Of a stretch of DNA of 64,000 nucleotides, positions 26,115-38,538 are shown in pieces. Source of the stretch: Hydrolagus colliei (lineage: Eukaryota); assembly GCA_035084275.1 (NCBI GenBank), contig CM068754.1, forward strand, positions 12,896,001-12,960,000. The letters run 5' to 3'. The notes beneath the pieces were generated by a model. That model saw only the letters and a program-made list of their open reading frames with translations. It made no database searches and had not been told where the DNA came from. Position numbers and translations under genes: made by a program. The first letter of the stretch is position 1. Each line of letters begins with the position of its first letter.

Positions 26115-27390
26115 GTAAGATTCGTCCCATTTGCCAAATAGGTTCTTAAACTGCAGAGGAGTTGATCTAAATGTTAAAAGCAAATGACCTGGTATGGGAG
26201 GAGTAAATAGGTTTGAGCGAAACATGGGAATTATTTAAAAATAGAGTAATACTGTACTACTTGGAACTTAAAAAAATGCAATACCATGGAATGTTGTCAA
26301 TCACACACATGCCTATGCAAGCACGTGTGATATAGTCAAATAATTGTGAACACAAGATAGCATACTGGGCCTTTTCCCATATCTGACAGCACACTTTTTG
26401 CAAACTTAAATTTTAATAAAGGAAATAACATTGAATTGTGTGAAGTTACCCAAAACTTATATTTATACAATGGGCTCATATTTCATTACACAATGTTGCA
26501 CTGCACACGATTGCTCATTTCAAATTCTTTTGCACACATAAAGCAGGTAAATTAATCTGTGCATAAATTACTCTGAAAATAAGGTATTATTGCTGGATTT
26601 AGTACATTTAGTTTGCAGTGGTGTTGGATGAGAGGGACCTCAAACATAGTTTAAATGGGATGAAATTGATTCTGCTTCAAATTATATTGAACAAAATGAG
26701 ATGAATGGCAAATAAATTGGTACACTCTGCTGTATTTAACAGCATCAGTACAAGAGGAAAGCAAAATGTTTCAAATGCTGTACCTTTTGCATATTAATCT
26801 GCAGCAGACTTTCACTTCATGTGGTCTCCGACACAGCAATATCAAAAGAAACTGTCAAATCTGAAACCTAATCCAATTATACGCACTGCCAGAACTTGCC
26901 ATAGCTGTTCTGATAAAGCTTCAGACTTTATCAAAATGGAAATTAATGATGAATGAACCACAGGTATGGACTTCCATTTTAACATCACAAAATTGTAATT
27001 AAAATACTCTGATAACCGTTTAAAAAAGTAAGCTATACTGGATTCCTAAAATACTTATTTTAGGCTTTTAATTTTTTGGGGACCTTTTTCAAGCATACAA
27101 TATCATAAATTCTGAGTTTGAAAGCGATTCGGTTATATTCCATCTAATTTATTCTTTACTATAAGTGCTCTTGAAAAAAATCACATATAGCAAAAGACTA
27201 ACTTTTGCTACATGGGTCTTTTTAAACAGTTAAATTTCCTTTAAAACATGTAGATCAGGTGAATGCATTTCTAATGCAATTCATGGTTAATTCATGTTAA
27301 GTAACAAAACTGCATATGCACAAATTTCAGTGACTATTGTCTACTCAAGAATGTCAATGTATTTGCGTTTCGCTTTTTTTTGTGCCTCAG

Positions 27391-27522
27391 GAACTATTAC
27401 ATCCCCAATTTATTCTGGAGTATTTTGTACACAGAGATCAATTCACTAAGCGGGTTATTGCCTCCGAATGTTTTTTTTCCAAAAAGTGGTGGGACAAGAA
27501 CAATACTGATGAATTCAATGAA
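27391..27522 (+). other. Candidate internal exon (132 nt, frame-preserving)
   Basis: Acceptor cttttttttgtgcctcag|, donor GAA|gtacgt; phase-0 frame ELLHPQFILEYFVHRDQFTKRVIASECFFSKKWWDKNNTDEFNE, and a second frame is also open. Confidence 0.35.
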
Positions 27523-27871
27523 GTACGTGAGGTCCTATGTTTTTTCTGCATCTATTAGCAATGCAAACAGGACATATTCTTGGTTTTATTTCTTGCGTCA
27601 ATTTTTCTTATCTAAATGTTCTCCTCTTCACTTTATTTCCCCCCGCTTCCTGAAACAGTTTGGATTCCAATTTTTTTCTTCTTCTGGCATAAGGCTCTTT
27701 TGGGTACCCATTTGACCCACATTTATTGATCCCTATCACAATGACGGGTAGAATAGGAGCAACAGTAACCAAGGGAAATAGCCCAGGCCACAAGGGAAAA
27801 AACATTACACACACTGGAGACAGCTATTTATGATGTACCCTAAAATATACAACTGTGTTAATGACTCACTT

Positions 27872-28285
27872 TCTCACCACTCTTGCCTCTGAGACAGAAA
27901 GTTGTGAGTTAAAATCCCAAATTGGGCCCTGGACTCACATAGTCTAAGATGACAATTCAATGTAGCACTGGGATGTGTTGCATTGTTGGAGGTGCATTTG
28001 TTTAGATGAATTGATAAACCAAGGAACTGTTCAGGTGGACATTAAAGATCCCATACAATTGTTCTTAAAGGCAAGGGAGTCTCTGCTGGTGTCCTAGCCA
28101 ATAATCTCCTAAATGAAATTAATCACTCACTCTATGATTGTTTGTGTGACATTGCTTTGCGCAATTGTGTTGCTGCGTTCGCCTACAAATACACAGTGAA
28201 CCCACTTGACAGTAAATCCTGTGAAGCACTTTGAGACATCCTTCTGACGTGATAAGGTGCTATACTAAATGCGAGGATTAGTATT
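27872..28285 (+). mobile_element. Near full-length Deu-domain SINE (family B, SacSINE1/AmnSINE-like)
   Basis: tRNA-like head, Deu-like core CAGGTGGACATTAAAGATCCCAT...GGTGTCCTAGCCAATA, L2-type tail. Confidence 0.8.
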
Positions 28286-29007
28286 TAGTAAATCACTATG
28301 TGCACATCAACCACTGAGTTCACGTAACATGCACTTCAACAATTCTTTTAATAAAGATTAAAATAGACAAAAATTCACACAAAGCTGCTACCTTTCAATT
28401 TATGATAACTGGTTGTTTAAGAAGCAAGTGTAACTTCTTCCTTTCCTGAAATATCTACAATTACTTGAAAGAAAGAAATAAGAGATCGTATCTAGCTAGC
28501 AATAGAATTGTATTCTCGAGAGAAGGCTATTCAAGTCGTTTTTTTTAAAAGACTTTAGCCAAATGGTTATTTCCATCCTGTATCGTTTCATGTAATTGTA
28601 TCAGCTTTTAAAATCTACCCAACTGATGGTCTACCCAAGTAAAAATTACTTCCTTTTCATACAGAAATCATAGCAATAAGGCTTTTACATTGACTCTAAA
28701 ATTAAATGCAAAATCTCTGCACTGCAGAACACACTCACCAATAATGCAAGACTGTAATTAAGTGCTGCGGCACAGTTTGTGATACAACAAATTAAAGTCA
28801 ATTTACTTCTCGTCACAGAAATGTGCCCGCAATAAGAAAAGTCAGTTCCCGCTGTTGCTAAATAACTCCTGATTCACCCCAAGACTTTTCATTTGAACAG
28901 TATTCAAGGTATTTGTTGAATTTCTGTAAGAAATAGAGATGGTGTGGACAAGTACACTGTCATTCTCAGTAGCGTCACTTGAATCAATTCCTTGGTCTAT
29001 GAAACAG

Positions 29008-29200
29008 TAATAATCTTTACATTTGAAATGGCGCCTTTCACATCAGGAGGACGTCTCAAAGCGCTTCACGGGAAACACCATAAAGTGGTGTGACTACCTA
29101 CTTTGTGGGCGAATGCAACAGCCAATTTGCACCACAGCAATGTCCCATGACTTTGGACTTGTGCGCACAGCCCTCTGACTCAGAAACAAGACTACTACTG
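29008..29200 (-). mobile_element. Internally deleted SINE (family B head joined to L2-type tail)
   Basis: Tail GTGAAGCGCTTTGAGACGTCC and head remnant TTTCTGAGTCAGAGG on the minus strand. Confidence 0.65.
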
Positions 29201-30094
29201 ACAGGGCCTCCTCGCTGGCTAACAGTGCGAAATACTAAGGCTTAACTGAAAAAAAAACACAGCAAGAAAGCCTTTGACAAGGCCTGACAGAAGTCATGGT
29301 GGTTCTCACAGCTTTCTGCTCTTTTGAAAAAAAACACTCACTTCAAGAAACACAACAAAATACAGTTTTTGAAAGCTTGAAGCTTTGCAGAGACCACTAA
29401 CATACAATAGGGTTTACTTTGCAACATCAAGGTAATAGCATTTAAAATATGCACACTTGGGAGACAGTTTTGAGCAACAGCTTATGTGAGGTTACCCCCC
29501 CCCCCAAAAAACGATTCTATCTCTTTAAGAAATTCAAACAATTCTAGTGATACAAAATAAGTATTGTTAAACCTCTGTATCTTATGAAACTGCATTACAT
29601 ATTCATGTGCATGGAGTACATCGGAACATTATACCCTGATGCTGGCAGTCAGTTTTTTACCATTTTAACTACATGATTAATATCAGCTTCTGCAGGAAAT
29701 TAAACTTAAAAAATTTCAATATGTAGATTAAAAGACAAAATTACAGACACTGGATAATGCAGTACAGTTGATTAATTTTCGTCCCGTGAATGCAAAATCT
29801 TCCAGCAATCTCGTGTGCAAGTCTTGCAAAAATGTCACATTTCAGAATGCAGCGCAGTGCTATCTGGTACTGAGGGCTGCTCCCAGCTGCAGCTGGCACC
29901 ACACTTACACTGCCTGTCAGGAAGATGATGGGTGAATGTAAGGTCTAGCTGTAAAATAATTGAATTTTCATATCAGAGGGAAACAGAATTTCCCAGACAA
30001 TGAAAATGCTGAGTCTCACACTGTTATTTGCAAATACCCTTTGCCACATTACTCGAAATCCAAATGTAAATTTCTGATTTTTTTTTCCTTTCAG

Positions 30095-30154
30095 TGCCAC
30101 ATGCTTCTTCAGTGTACAACCATCTGTATGAAAATGGAAGCAGATAATAAGTAG
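30095..30154 (+). other. Candidate terminal coding exon
   Basis: Strong acceptor atttttttttcctttcag|; phase 0 gives CHMLLQCTTICMKMEADNK*, phase 1 gives PHASSVYNHLYENGSR*. Confidence 0.25.
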
Positions 30155-32122
30155 CCAAATCTCATATTATTAGAATAGTAATTTACTTGCTGAATCGGAC
30201 AGAGTGCTGTCTCTGTATTTTTGCCAATGTGAATATGACTAAGGTTTAATTAAGTTTCTTGAACTCCGACCTTTCTTAAAGGCAAAACATACCAGCAAGT
30301 TTCGAAAGTGGAGTGAGGAAATCGCCTGCTTCATGAAATCGCACCGTTTACCAGTGAAGAAAATCCTATTTTGTGTCAAAAACAAAAGTTAAAGTGGAGA
30401 CCATCTTTCCATATTCAATTTCCTCGCGAGCACAATGAAAAAAACAGTTTCTATAATTATAACAAGTACATTGGGAAACACTTGAGATGAAAAGTATCTT
30501 GATGTATTTTTTGCCAACTTTCTTCCTTGCTCCTCAGACCCTTGCAGGCGGATGCTTACATGGGTGGTAGGAGCTCTTAATGGGATCTTGCACCAGTGTC
30601 TATTCTTGATATTAAGCAGAGATAGTGAATGTTGACAGCCTGTTCCAATGTACTGTGTTACAGTTAAGGCTGATTTCCACTTGCAGTCTACACACACTTT
30701 CTAGCAGGTGATCACTGGCTCGCTATGAAGACAAGGAACCTTTGCTGTTGTTCTCTGACACTTGTCAATGGGGCAACAAGGTAAATTATAGTATCCCAAA
30801 CATTGCTCCATCTCAAATCAACTGCCTTAACATCCACAAATGAAGAAATCATTTACAGGATTTCACGTTGTGCAAAAAAACTCTTTTATTACAATTTAAA
30901 AAAAAATGTTAATTGTGCAAAGCAACTTGTCATTAAACTTGGTACGATATCAATGTCAGATCCTAATTCCAGCGATAGTCCAGTAGTACGAATCATACAG
31001 GGCCTAGAAAGGTACTGAATTCTTTCAGGAAATGAATCGCTTCAAATTAAGATTGTAAAATCACAGTGGATTTTATATTTACAGTACCTAAACATGCAGC
31101 TGCACCAACAATAAGAAACTTACATTACATGGTCCTTGAAGTGTATGATAGGAATTTTTGAGTACATCTCTATCTAGAGTTTTTCCACTATAAAGATGAA
31201 TATATTATTATATTACTGTATAAGAAACAGATGACTATAGTTTAGTGATCTGCCTCTATGCGTTATTTCGGCATTAGCCAAGAGGATCTTGGGACAATGC
31301 TGTAAGGCCGCTTAATGCAGATTTAAAAAGCAACAGCAACAAAATGACATTTGTATAGCGCCTTTCATATCAGGAGGACATGCCAAGGATTGTCAGTGTT
31401 TCAAATAAAGCTGTACAGTTCTTCTCATTTCTAACTTTTTAAATATAGTTTAAAAACCATATTTGAAATACAAACACATATGTTTCTCTAAACTTAATTC
31501 TTATTATATGTCATGTATTTAGCCTATCAGTTGGCAGTATGCTGTTTTTAGACTCTAAAAGAGCTTCATTGTAAAACATTTACCAATGCAACAATAACAC
31601 CAACTAAATTACATATGTATAGCTCTTTTCATGTCGGGTTGGGACATCTGAAGGTGCAAACAGGAGAGAAGGGGAAAGACTCACTCCAGTTTAAGCTTGT
31701 CACTGGAAGTTTTCAGCAACTCTGCAACACATCGAGGAATTCCTTCAAGATGCCATGATTCAGTCAATGGGTTGACAAATTGACATATGATGTGACAATT
31801 ATCACATCATCAAACAACAAGGTCAAGCCAATTGATAAGTAAAGATTGGGAGAAGGTGTGAACTAATCTGTCCTTCCCCACCCACCCTTTCCCACTTCAG
31901 TGGTTGGATTTGAAGAGAGGCTGAAACCTGAAACAGCCAACACAGGTTGTTTCAACATGTTGAAACACTATCTAAAGAAAGTTATTTATGTTTCACTGCA
32001 TGCCTAACATTCATCAGGAGAGGTGGTTAAGGGAAACAAAATCAGAGGGAGAGGAGCAAAAAGGAGATAAATAGATATCATACAATTCATTACCCATGTG
32101 TCAGTAGTAGCACTGAATACTG

Positions 32123-32428
32123 TAATAATAATACTTCGATTTGATAAAGCACTTTTCATGTCTTCTAGAGTCTCAAAGAGCTTCACATAATATACTGTAA
32201 AGTGAATTGACTGTATCTTTGTGGGTGAAATGCAGCAGCCAAGTGCGCACAGCAGGGTCCCACAAACAGTCGTGGATTGAGTGACCAAATTATTATTACT
32301 TTTTCCTTGAGGGATTATTATCAGGCATGTGGATTAAGGAGACTTGCCCAGGGTTTCGCCCTGCTGGGAATCAAACCCAAGTCCCTCGCTTGCAAGTCGA
32401 GTGCTCTAACTACTGAGCTACAGGACTC
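32123..32428 (-). mobile_element. Full-length SINE, family A, nested in a family B head
   Basis: Intact tRNA head, body and tail; flanked by the two halves of a family B head. Confidence 0.9.
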
Positions 32429-33512
32429 TGAATCAGAAGATTGTGGGTCATGCCCCATGTCAGGACTTGGAATCACATAACCAATGATGACATTCCAGTG
32501 CAGTGGTGCAGTGCTGGTGTGTGTTGACGTGATAAGGCACTATATCAAATTCAGGGATGATTATGATAATTCCTTTCTATTACCCTTCTAGATCTCTAAA
32601 CTATTTTCTCTCTCCCCCACTCCCCCCCCCCCCCCCCACCATCCACCACCTCCCACTTCATCTTCTTCCATGATTTTTCACTCACTAATAGGATGGGTAG
32701 GCCACCAGCTCCCAGGTCTCTCCGTGATCACTAGGTAAAATGTAGCTGGTGACATGTGAGTTTCCAAATGAATATTTTTGTTCTCTCCCTTCTTAGGAGG
32801 AAAATGGCTGGCTTGGACCCCCACATACATTTTGCTTTGTTAAGATGGGTATCTCACATACTTTTCATGATCTAATAATAGAATGGCAGAGAAACAAGCT
32901 GAATGGCCAACTCCTGTTCCTACGTAGAAACCCGTCAACATGCTTAGGAATCCAATTGCAACACACAGATAAGGAAACATGGAATGAAAACAGACCAACC
33001 ATTTTGCCCATCAGGGAAATCAACTAAATAGTATTGAATTTGCATAGTTTGTATCCCGTGTAGAAATTATTACCCACAACAGGTTTCTTCTGCTTCATTG
33101 TAATTTGAAGTGGCAGTTTGTATGATCCGAAACATAAGCTCCTCCAGCTGAACTGATCGCATTTCATGGATAAAATTCCATTATGATAGTTAAGTACACT
33201 TTATTAAATACCAAAACACACATTTCTATTCTGTCGATGTTACTGCCACAAAAGGGTCTGCGCTTGGATTAAACTGGGTATTGTGCGTGCTAAAAATGAA
33301 ACATTGGTCGTGAAAAGTGCTTTTGTTCTGCACTTCATCCTTCAAGCTTCTTTGAACCCTTATCTGCTTGGTTAAACCCTTTGAGGAGCAAAGAGTTTAT
33401 TGGATGAAAAGTGGATATTTTCAATCAATTTTCTTTTCTATTAATGTTTTACATGCAACATACTAATCTGCTTACAGTACATTTTAATCTCACCTAGTTA
33501 ACAGCATCACTT

Positions 33513-33968
33513 TGGGCTCAGTTAGTAGCACTCTTACATCTGAGACTAAAGGTTGTGGAATGAAGCCTAACAACAGGACTTGTTAGCTAAATTGACACTG
33601 CACTGCAAGTCTGGGAACTGCTCTGTGATCATCGGTGCTGCCTTTTAGGTCACATATTTAAACCAATGTCTGATATACATCTTCATGTGCAAGTTAAAGA
33701 TCCCATAATACTATACAAAAAGGGAACAGAATTAATCCCAGTGCCCTGGCCAACAATCCTTAAAATGAATTGTTCATTCACCTCATGGCTGTGGGAGGAG
33801 TTCTCTGCTACAAATGGCTATCGTGTTTGCCTATAAAACAGCAACAACAACAATAACAAAATTACATTTGTATAGCAGCCAGTACACAAGACAACAATCT
33901 CTTGAAAAGTGCTTTGAGATGTTCACATGATAAGGTACTATAGCAAAAATGCAAGTTCTTCTTTCTTT
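33513..33968 (+). mobile_element. Full-length Deu-domain SINE (family B) with an inverted L2 tail inserted at ~33840-33880
   Basis: GGCTCAGTTAGTAGCACTCTT head, TTAAAGATCCCATAATACTAT core, GTGCTTTGAGATG tail. Confidence 0.8.
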
Positions 33969-36714
33969 CCAATTTGCTGCTTTTTCAAAGTAGGCATTCA
34001 GTTAGCTTAATCTAATTTTATTTCAATCTGAAGGGTACGATCTGATAAAAGCACTGATACTTTTGGCAGTTCAAAGCAAGCGACTTCAACGTTTGTTCAA
34101 CCTTAAGCACTCTGAGATGCCACCACGCATGGAGGGCGCTATATAAATGCAAGTTGTTATTTGTTCCTAAATTCCATTCTGGTGTTTGGAAAAAACACTT
34201 CCCAGTGCCTTGGGATATCCTCCAGATGTGAAAGGCATTATACAAATGTGATTTTGTTGTCGTTGTTGTTTGGTGCCACTGCTGCAAATCCCAAACTGGT
34301 GGCCTTCATTTTAAATAAAAAATCGCGAGAATAAATTAGTCATTGAATTTAAGGTTGTGAGACTTTGGTGAGCACTAAGTGGTTCTAACGTTTGCCTCCC
34401 AGGTCACTACATTTGATAGCAATAAGTTTGAAGCACTCAAGATGTTTGGACAATTAAGTGCTATATTAAAGCAAACATGAGCATAGAGATTATTAGAGCT
34501 GACCATCTTTGAAGTACCGTAATAAGATGAAGTAAAACTTACAAAGAGTGGAGAAAACAGTGTCTTTCCTTGAAGAGCTTACCTTTATTATTATGGTAGG
34601 TAAGATTCCAATTCAAGGGAGAAATATCTTAGTGTGGTTATAACAAGGACCAACTAACTGCTTTGGTCTAGAGTAGCCTTGATCTTTGACTGAAAACCTT
34701 GATTGCTTCGAAACTATCTCCCCACTGATCAGCCAAGTAAGACACAAATGTCTCCTTATGGCTGCATTGTCGGAGAGCTGTAAGCACTTCCAACCTTGCT
34801 GAGATGCCAAAGGGGTCTCCAGGGTCTGAAAGTGGAACAACTGGAAACTTCAAAATGAAAACAAAATGCTCTTCACAATGAAAAATACAAATTCTTGACA
34901 GGTAGGTCATTTATGTGGTGACATGACACCACAATGATGCCTGAAGGATCATATACTTTTGGAAATCTGTTAGGCCTAAAATATTTCTCGACGTTTATTT
35001 GCTGACATACTGCCCATTACTTTGCTATTCATTTTTCGTCTCATTTCTGGAGCAAATCAGTGGTCAGGAAATAATAACAAGTTAAACTGCAAATACCTCT
35101 CATATACCTTGTGCTAGTATCTACTATCTGCCCTTATTATTCATGCCCTAAATTATATAATAATCAGTACGATCACATCTGTCAGCCTCATTTAACCTTC
35201 TCTGATCTCCCATGATTCTTTGCCGTCAGGACTGAATGCCTGGTTTCTGCTGACTGGCTGATAACTGGGTGACTGATTGCCCTCCCCATTAACAGACAAT
35301 GGTATATAGAATTCTCTGACTCATACTGAATATTAATGAGAAGCTGTGAAAGCTTAGATAAGACTACATAACGAGGTAATAGAGAGGTAAGGAAGAGGAA
35401 TGAAAGGAAAGGGTAAAGTAAGAATGGGGGAATAGGAAGGAGAACATATGAGCTGAATGCTTAAGATGGGGGTAAGTAAATGGAAGACGGTCATCATTAT
35501 GATACAGTGTTCCTACAATTCCTGACGCTCCTGAATAGGCTGACACTCATGTAGATAAAGACTATCTGATTGGGAGCTACTGTTTACTAATAAACCACAG
35601 CAGTAACACTGGGCTGCTCATAGTGCTCTTAAACACAGAGGTCTCACTCACCAGTCATATATCTAACCATCCCGTTGGGTTTGAATCATGCTTCAGGACT
35701 TACTGCTATTCCATTGGTTTAATCGTAGCATGGTGAAAGAAAACGGCAATGGAACAACATCTCAAAATTGTTTCTTTCACCTGTGTCAATCAACTCTCTT
35801 TTTGGTTGCAAATACGTAGATCTGACCAGATCTGCTGAGGAGCAACAGGGAGAGTAATGGCTGAGTTCAATTGTTCTCACCCATTAGATAAACTCGCCAT
35901 GTTGGATTTTAAACTATACTATCTTATGACATCCCAGAAGCTGTTTGGTCATCTGTCACATCTAGCTCCACAATGCATATACAACTCCACACTTTAGGAA
36001 AATAACAATAAGAACTTGGGGATTCTTAAATAAAGAACCAGAGATTCCGTATTGGTGTCTAGTGATTCCTGCTCCAAAGGAATTGTGTGTATGTGCATGA
36101 TAGATGAGGACAGTGTAAAAGTTTGGTATAGATTATCTCCTGTTGAATGACTCAACAACACTCTGTTTTCTCACACATTAAGAATGACCACTGTGGTGCG
36201 TCCACTCTTTTAGACCATAAGACAGCATTGTCTCTTTTGTTTTTTCCTCTTGCCCTGCTGGTACACAACACAAAAAGCTTCGACTCTACACTTAGGTTTC
36301 TGAACTTTTTTTAAAAGTTCTTCAGGAGAAGACAAGACGAAGAGAAGGGTAAAACGTCACTTTCTCGCAGTGTTTCATCATTAATCAACAACAAAATTAT
36401 CTAATTATTAAAGCCAGAGAGTAGACATTAAGACAAAGATCACTTATCTTCAAACTGTTAAAATTTCAGTCAATGGTGAGTGGTACTACTCTGCACACAT
36501 TGGATGCTACCTTAATCTGAAAAGGTTTTTTTCTTTTTGTCTTTCATTTCTCTTCATCTTCACAATAAATCCCAGGAACTGCTTGGAGATGTCTCATTGA
36601 CATGATCAGGCACTATATCAAATGTTAAAGCCTTGGGAGTCCTCCAGACGTGAAAAGCGCTCTATAAATGTAACTTTGCTGTTGTTGTAAAGACTATTAT
36701 TTGTGACGATAATA

Positions 36715-37360
36715 AATAACAATCCTTACAAATGACTTTTACGTTCGAAGGACATCTTAATGTTCTTCACACAATATACTGTAAAGTGCAGTGGTTGTAT
36801 ACTTTGGAGGCAAACACAATAATTTGCACACAGTAGTGAAGTGAATGATCAATTTTATTTATGATAATATAATAATAATCCTTGCATTTGATATAGCGCT
36901 TTTCATGTCTTCTGGATATCTCAAAGTGCTTCACAGAATATACTGCAAGGTGAATTGACTGTATATTTGTGGGTGAATCGCAGCAGCCAATTGCACACAG
37001 CAGTGTCCCATAAACAGTCGTGGATTGAAATGACCAATTTTTATTATTGTGGGTATTTGGGGGATTATTATTATTAGGCATGTGGAGTAAGGAAAGGTCA
37101 AGTTTCGCCCTGACCTGTCTGGATTCAAACACAGGTCTCATGCTTGTAAGGCGAGTGCTCTAACCACTGAGCTGCAGGACTCCACAAAATTTGCTAGCCA
37201 AGACATTAGGAATGCTTCATTTGAAGGATGGCACTTCCAACAAATCAACACACCCCCAGTACTGCATTAGAGTGTCAGCCTGTACCAAGTCCAGATCTGG
37301 GGAGTTGAACCCGCTACCTCTGACTCAAAGTGAAGAGTGCCATCGCTTGAGCATGGCTAA
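36715..37360 (-). mobile_element. Family B SINE split by a younger family A SINE
   Basis: 3' part at ~36715-36860 and 5' part at ~37190-37360 are collinear on the minus strand. Confidence 0.65.
36868..37185 (-). mobile_element. Full-length SINE, family A (low divergence)
   Basis: Head GTGGAGTCCTGCAGCTCAGTGGTTAGAGCACTCGCCTTACAAGC; tail AGCGCTATATCAAATGCAAGGATTATTATT. Confidence 0.9.
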
Positions 37361-37529
37361 CACAAGATGATTTACAAGAGTGACATTGAAAGAAAACTAA
37401 GAAATCTTTGGAGAGCAGAACTTATTTTTCATAGAAAAAAAATTGATGGGGTGGGAACATGGTGCATGTCTTTTAAGTGCGATGATTAAACAATTGGGTA
37501 TAGGTAGGTTATTTGATTTAAGGGCCCAT

Positions 37530-37690
37530 TTCGCCCACTAACATTCTGTGCATTCTATTCACTTTACAGTATATTTTGTGAAGAAGTCAAGAAGATGTGA
37601 AAAGCGCTATATCAAATGCAAGGATTATCATTATTATTACAAAAGACGTGAAAATACTATATCAAATGTGAGGATTGTTATTATAATTAT
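37530..37690 (+). mobile_element. SINE family A tail with a tandemly repeated terminal segment
   Basis: AAGAYGTGAAAA...CTATATCAAATG..AGGATT occurs twice in succession. Confidence 0.7.
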
Positions 37691-38524
37691 TTTTAAGACA
37701 GAGCTGGACAGAACTGGATGACATGGTCTAAAATGAATAATTATTATGTTCAGAAACTCACTCAACATACCTCTACCTGAATATAGTCAATGCAAGGAAC
37801 TAAATTCCAGAAAACAAAATATTGACTGAAAATGACTGAACCTGAGTGTTGTTGAGGTGGGGGTCCAGAATCATAGTCTGTAGAGGGAAATGTTCAATCT
37901 GGGGGAAACCAGAGAGTATTTCTTCAGAACTACCCCTACACCCCACCATCATGAGGATGGTAGGATAGGTTATATAGTGTGTGGGTTAGATGGGCTAAAT
38001 GTCCTTTTCCTAGTTCATGCTTTTGTATAGATTAGAAAGGCACATTTAAAAAAAAAAATCTTAGTTCTAGGAAGGAGGGGGGAAAGAATGAAGATGGGGG
38101 TATTGGTGGGATGGGGGGTCGGGGTGGGGGGGTGGAGAAAGATTGCAAAGTGAGAAAGGACAATGCTGCAAAATTCCTTTTAAAATAAATACTGTTCGCT
38201 TACCCCGATTTTTAAAAAATATGATTAACAGCAATGTTTATTTGCTGCAGAGATGAAAACTGACCTTCACTTTAAAAAAAAATCATTTTCCGTTGTGCCG
38301 AATAAACCGAAGAAAAAAAATGATTGACGATGTGCAAGTCATTTACTTATAACACAAATAATCCCTTCATTGCAGAATGTTCGGTCTAAAAGCAAATCAA
38401 TACCCACATTACACTCCACTATTACAGGTGCAGTTTTGAAAGCGTTTTCTCCCTTTTTTCTGATAATTGGGTCTGGCCCTATAGTGGAACTCAGCAGAAG
38501 GCTGATGAGAAAAAAATACAGGTA

Positions 38525-38538
38525 GTTTCCATAGTAAC
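38525..38538. promoter_or_regulatory. RFX X-box
   Basis: GTTTCCATAGTAAC, a near-consensus X-box in non-repeat sequence. Confidence 0.4.

Noticed and set aside
28901-28908. 8-nt microexon cag|TATTCAAG|gtattt
   Set aside because: Frame-shifting; it would fit only the alternative frame of 27391-27522, for which I found no upstream entry
36767-37141. 124-aa ORF and similar ORFs at 32004-32288 and 55567-55779 as a paralogous gene family
   Set aside because: The similarity comes from translating the same SINE family
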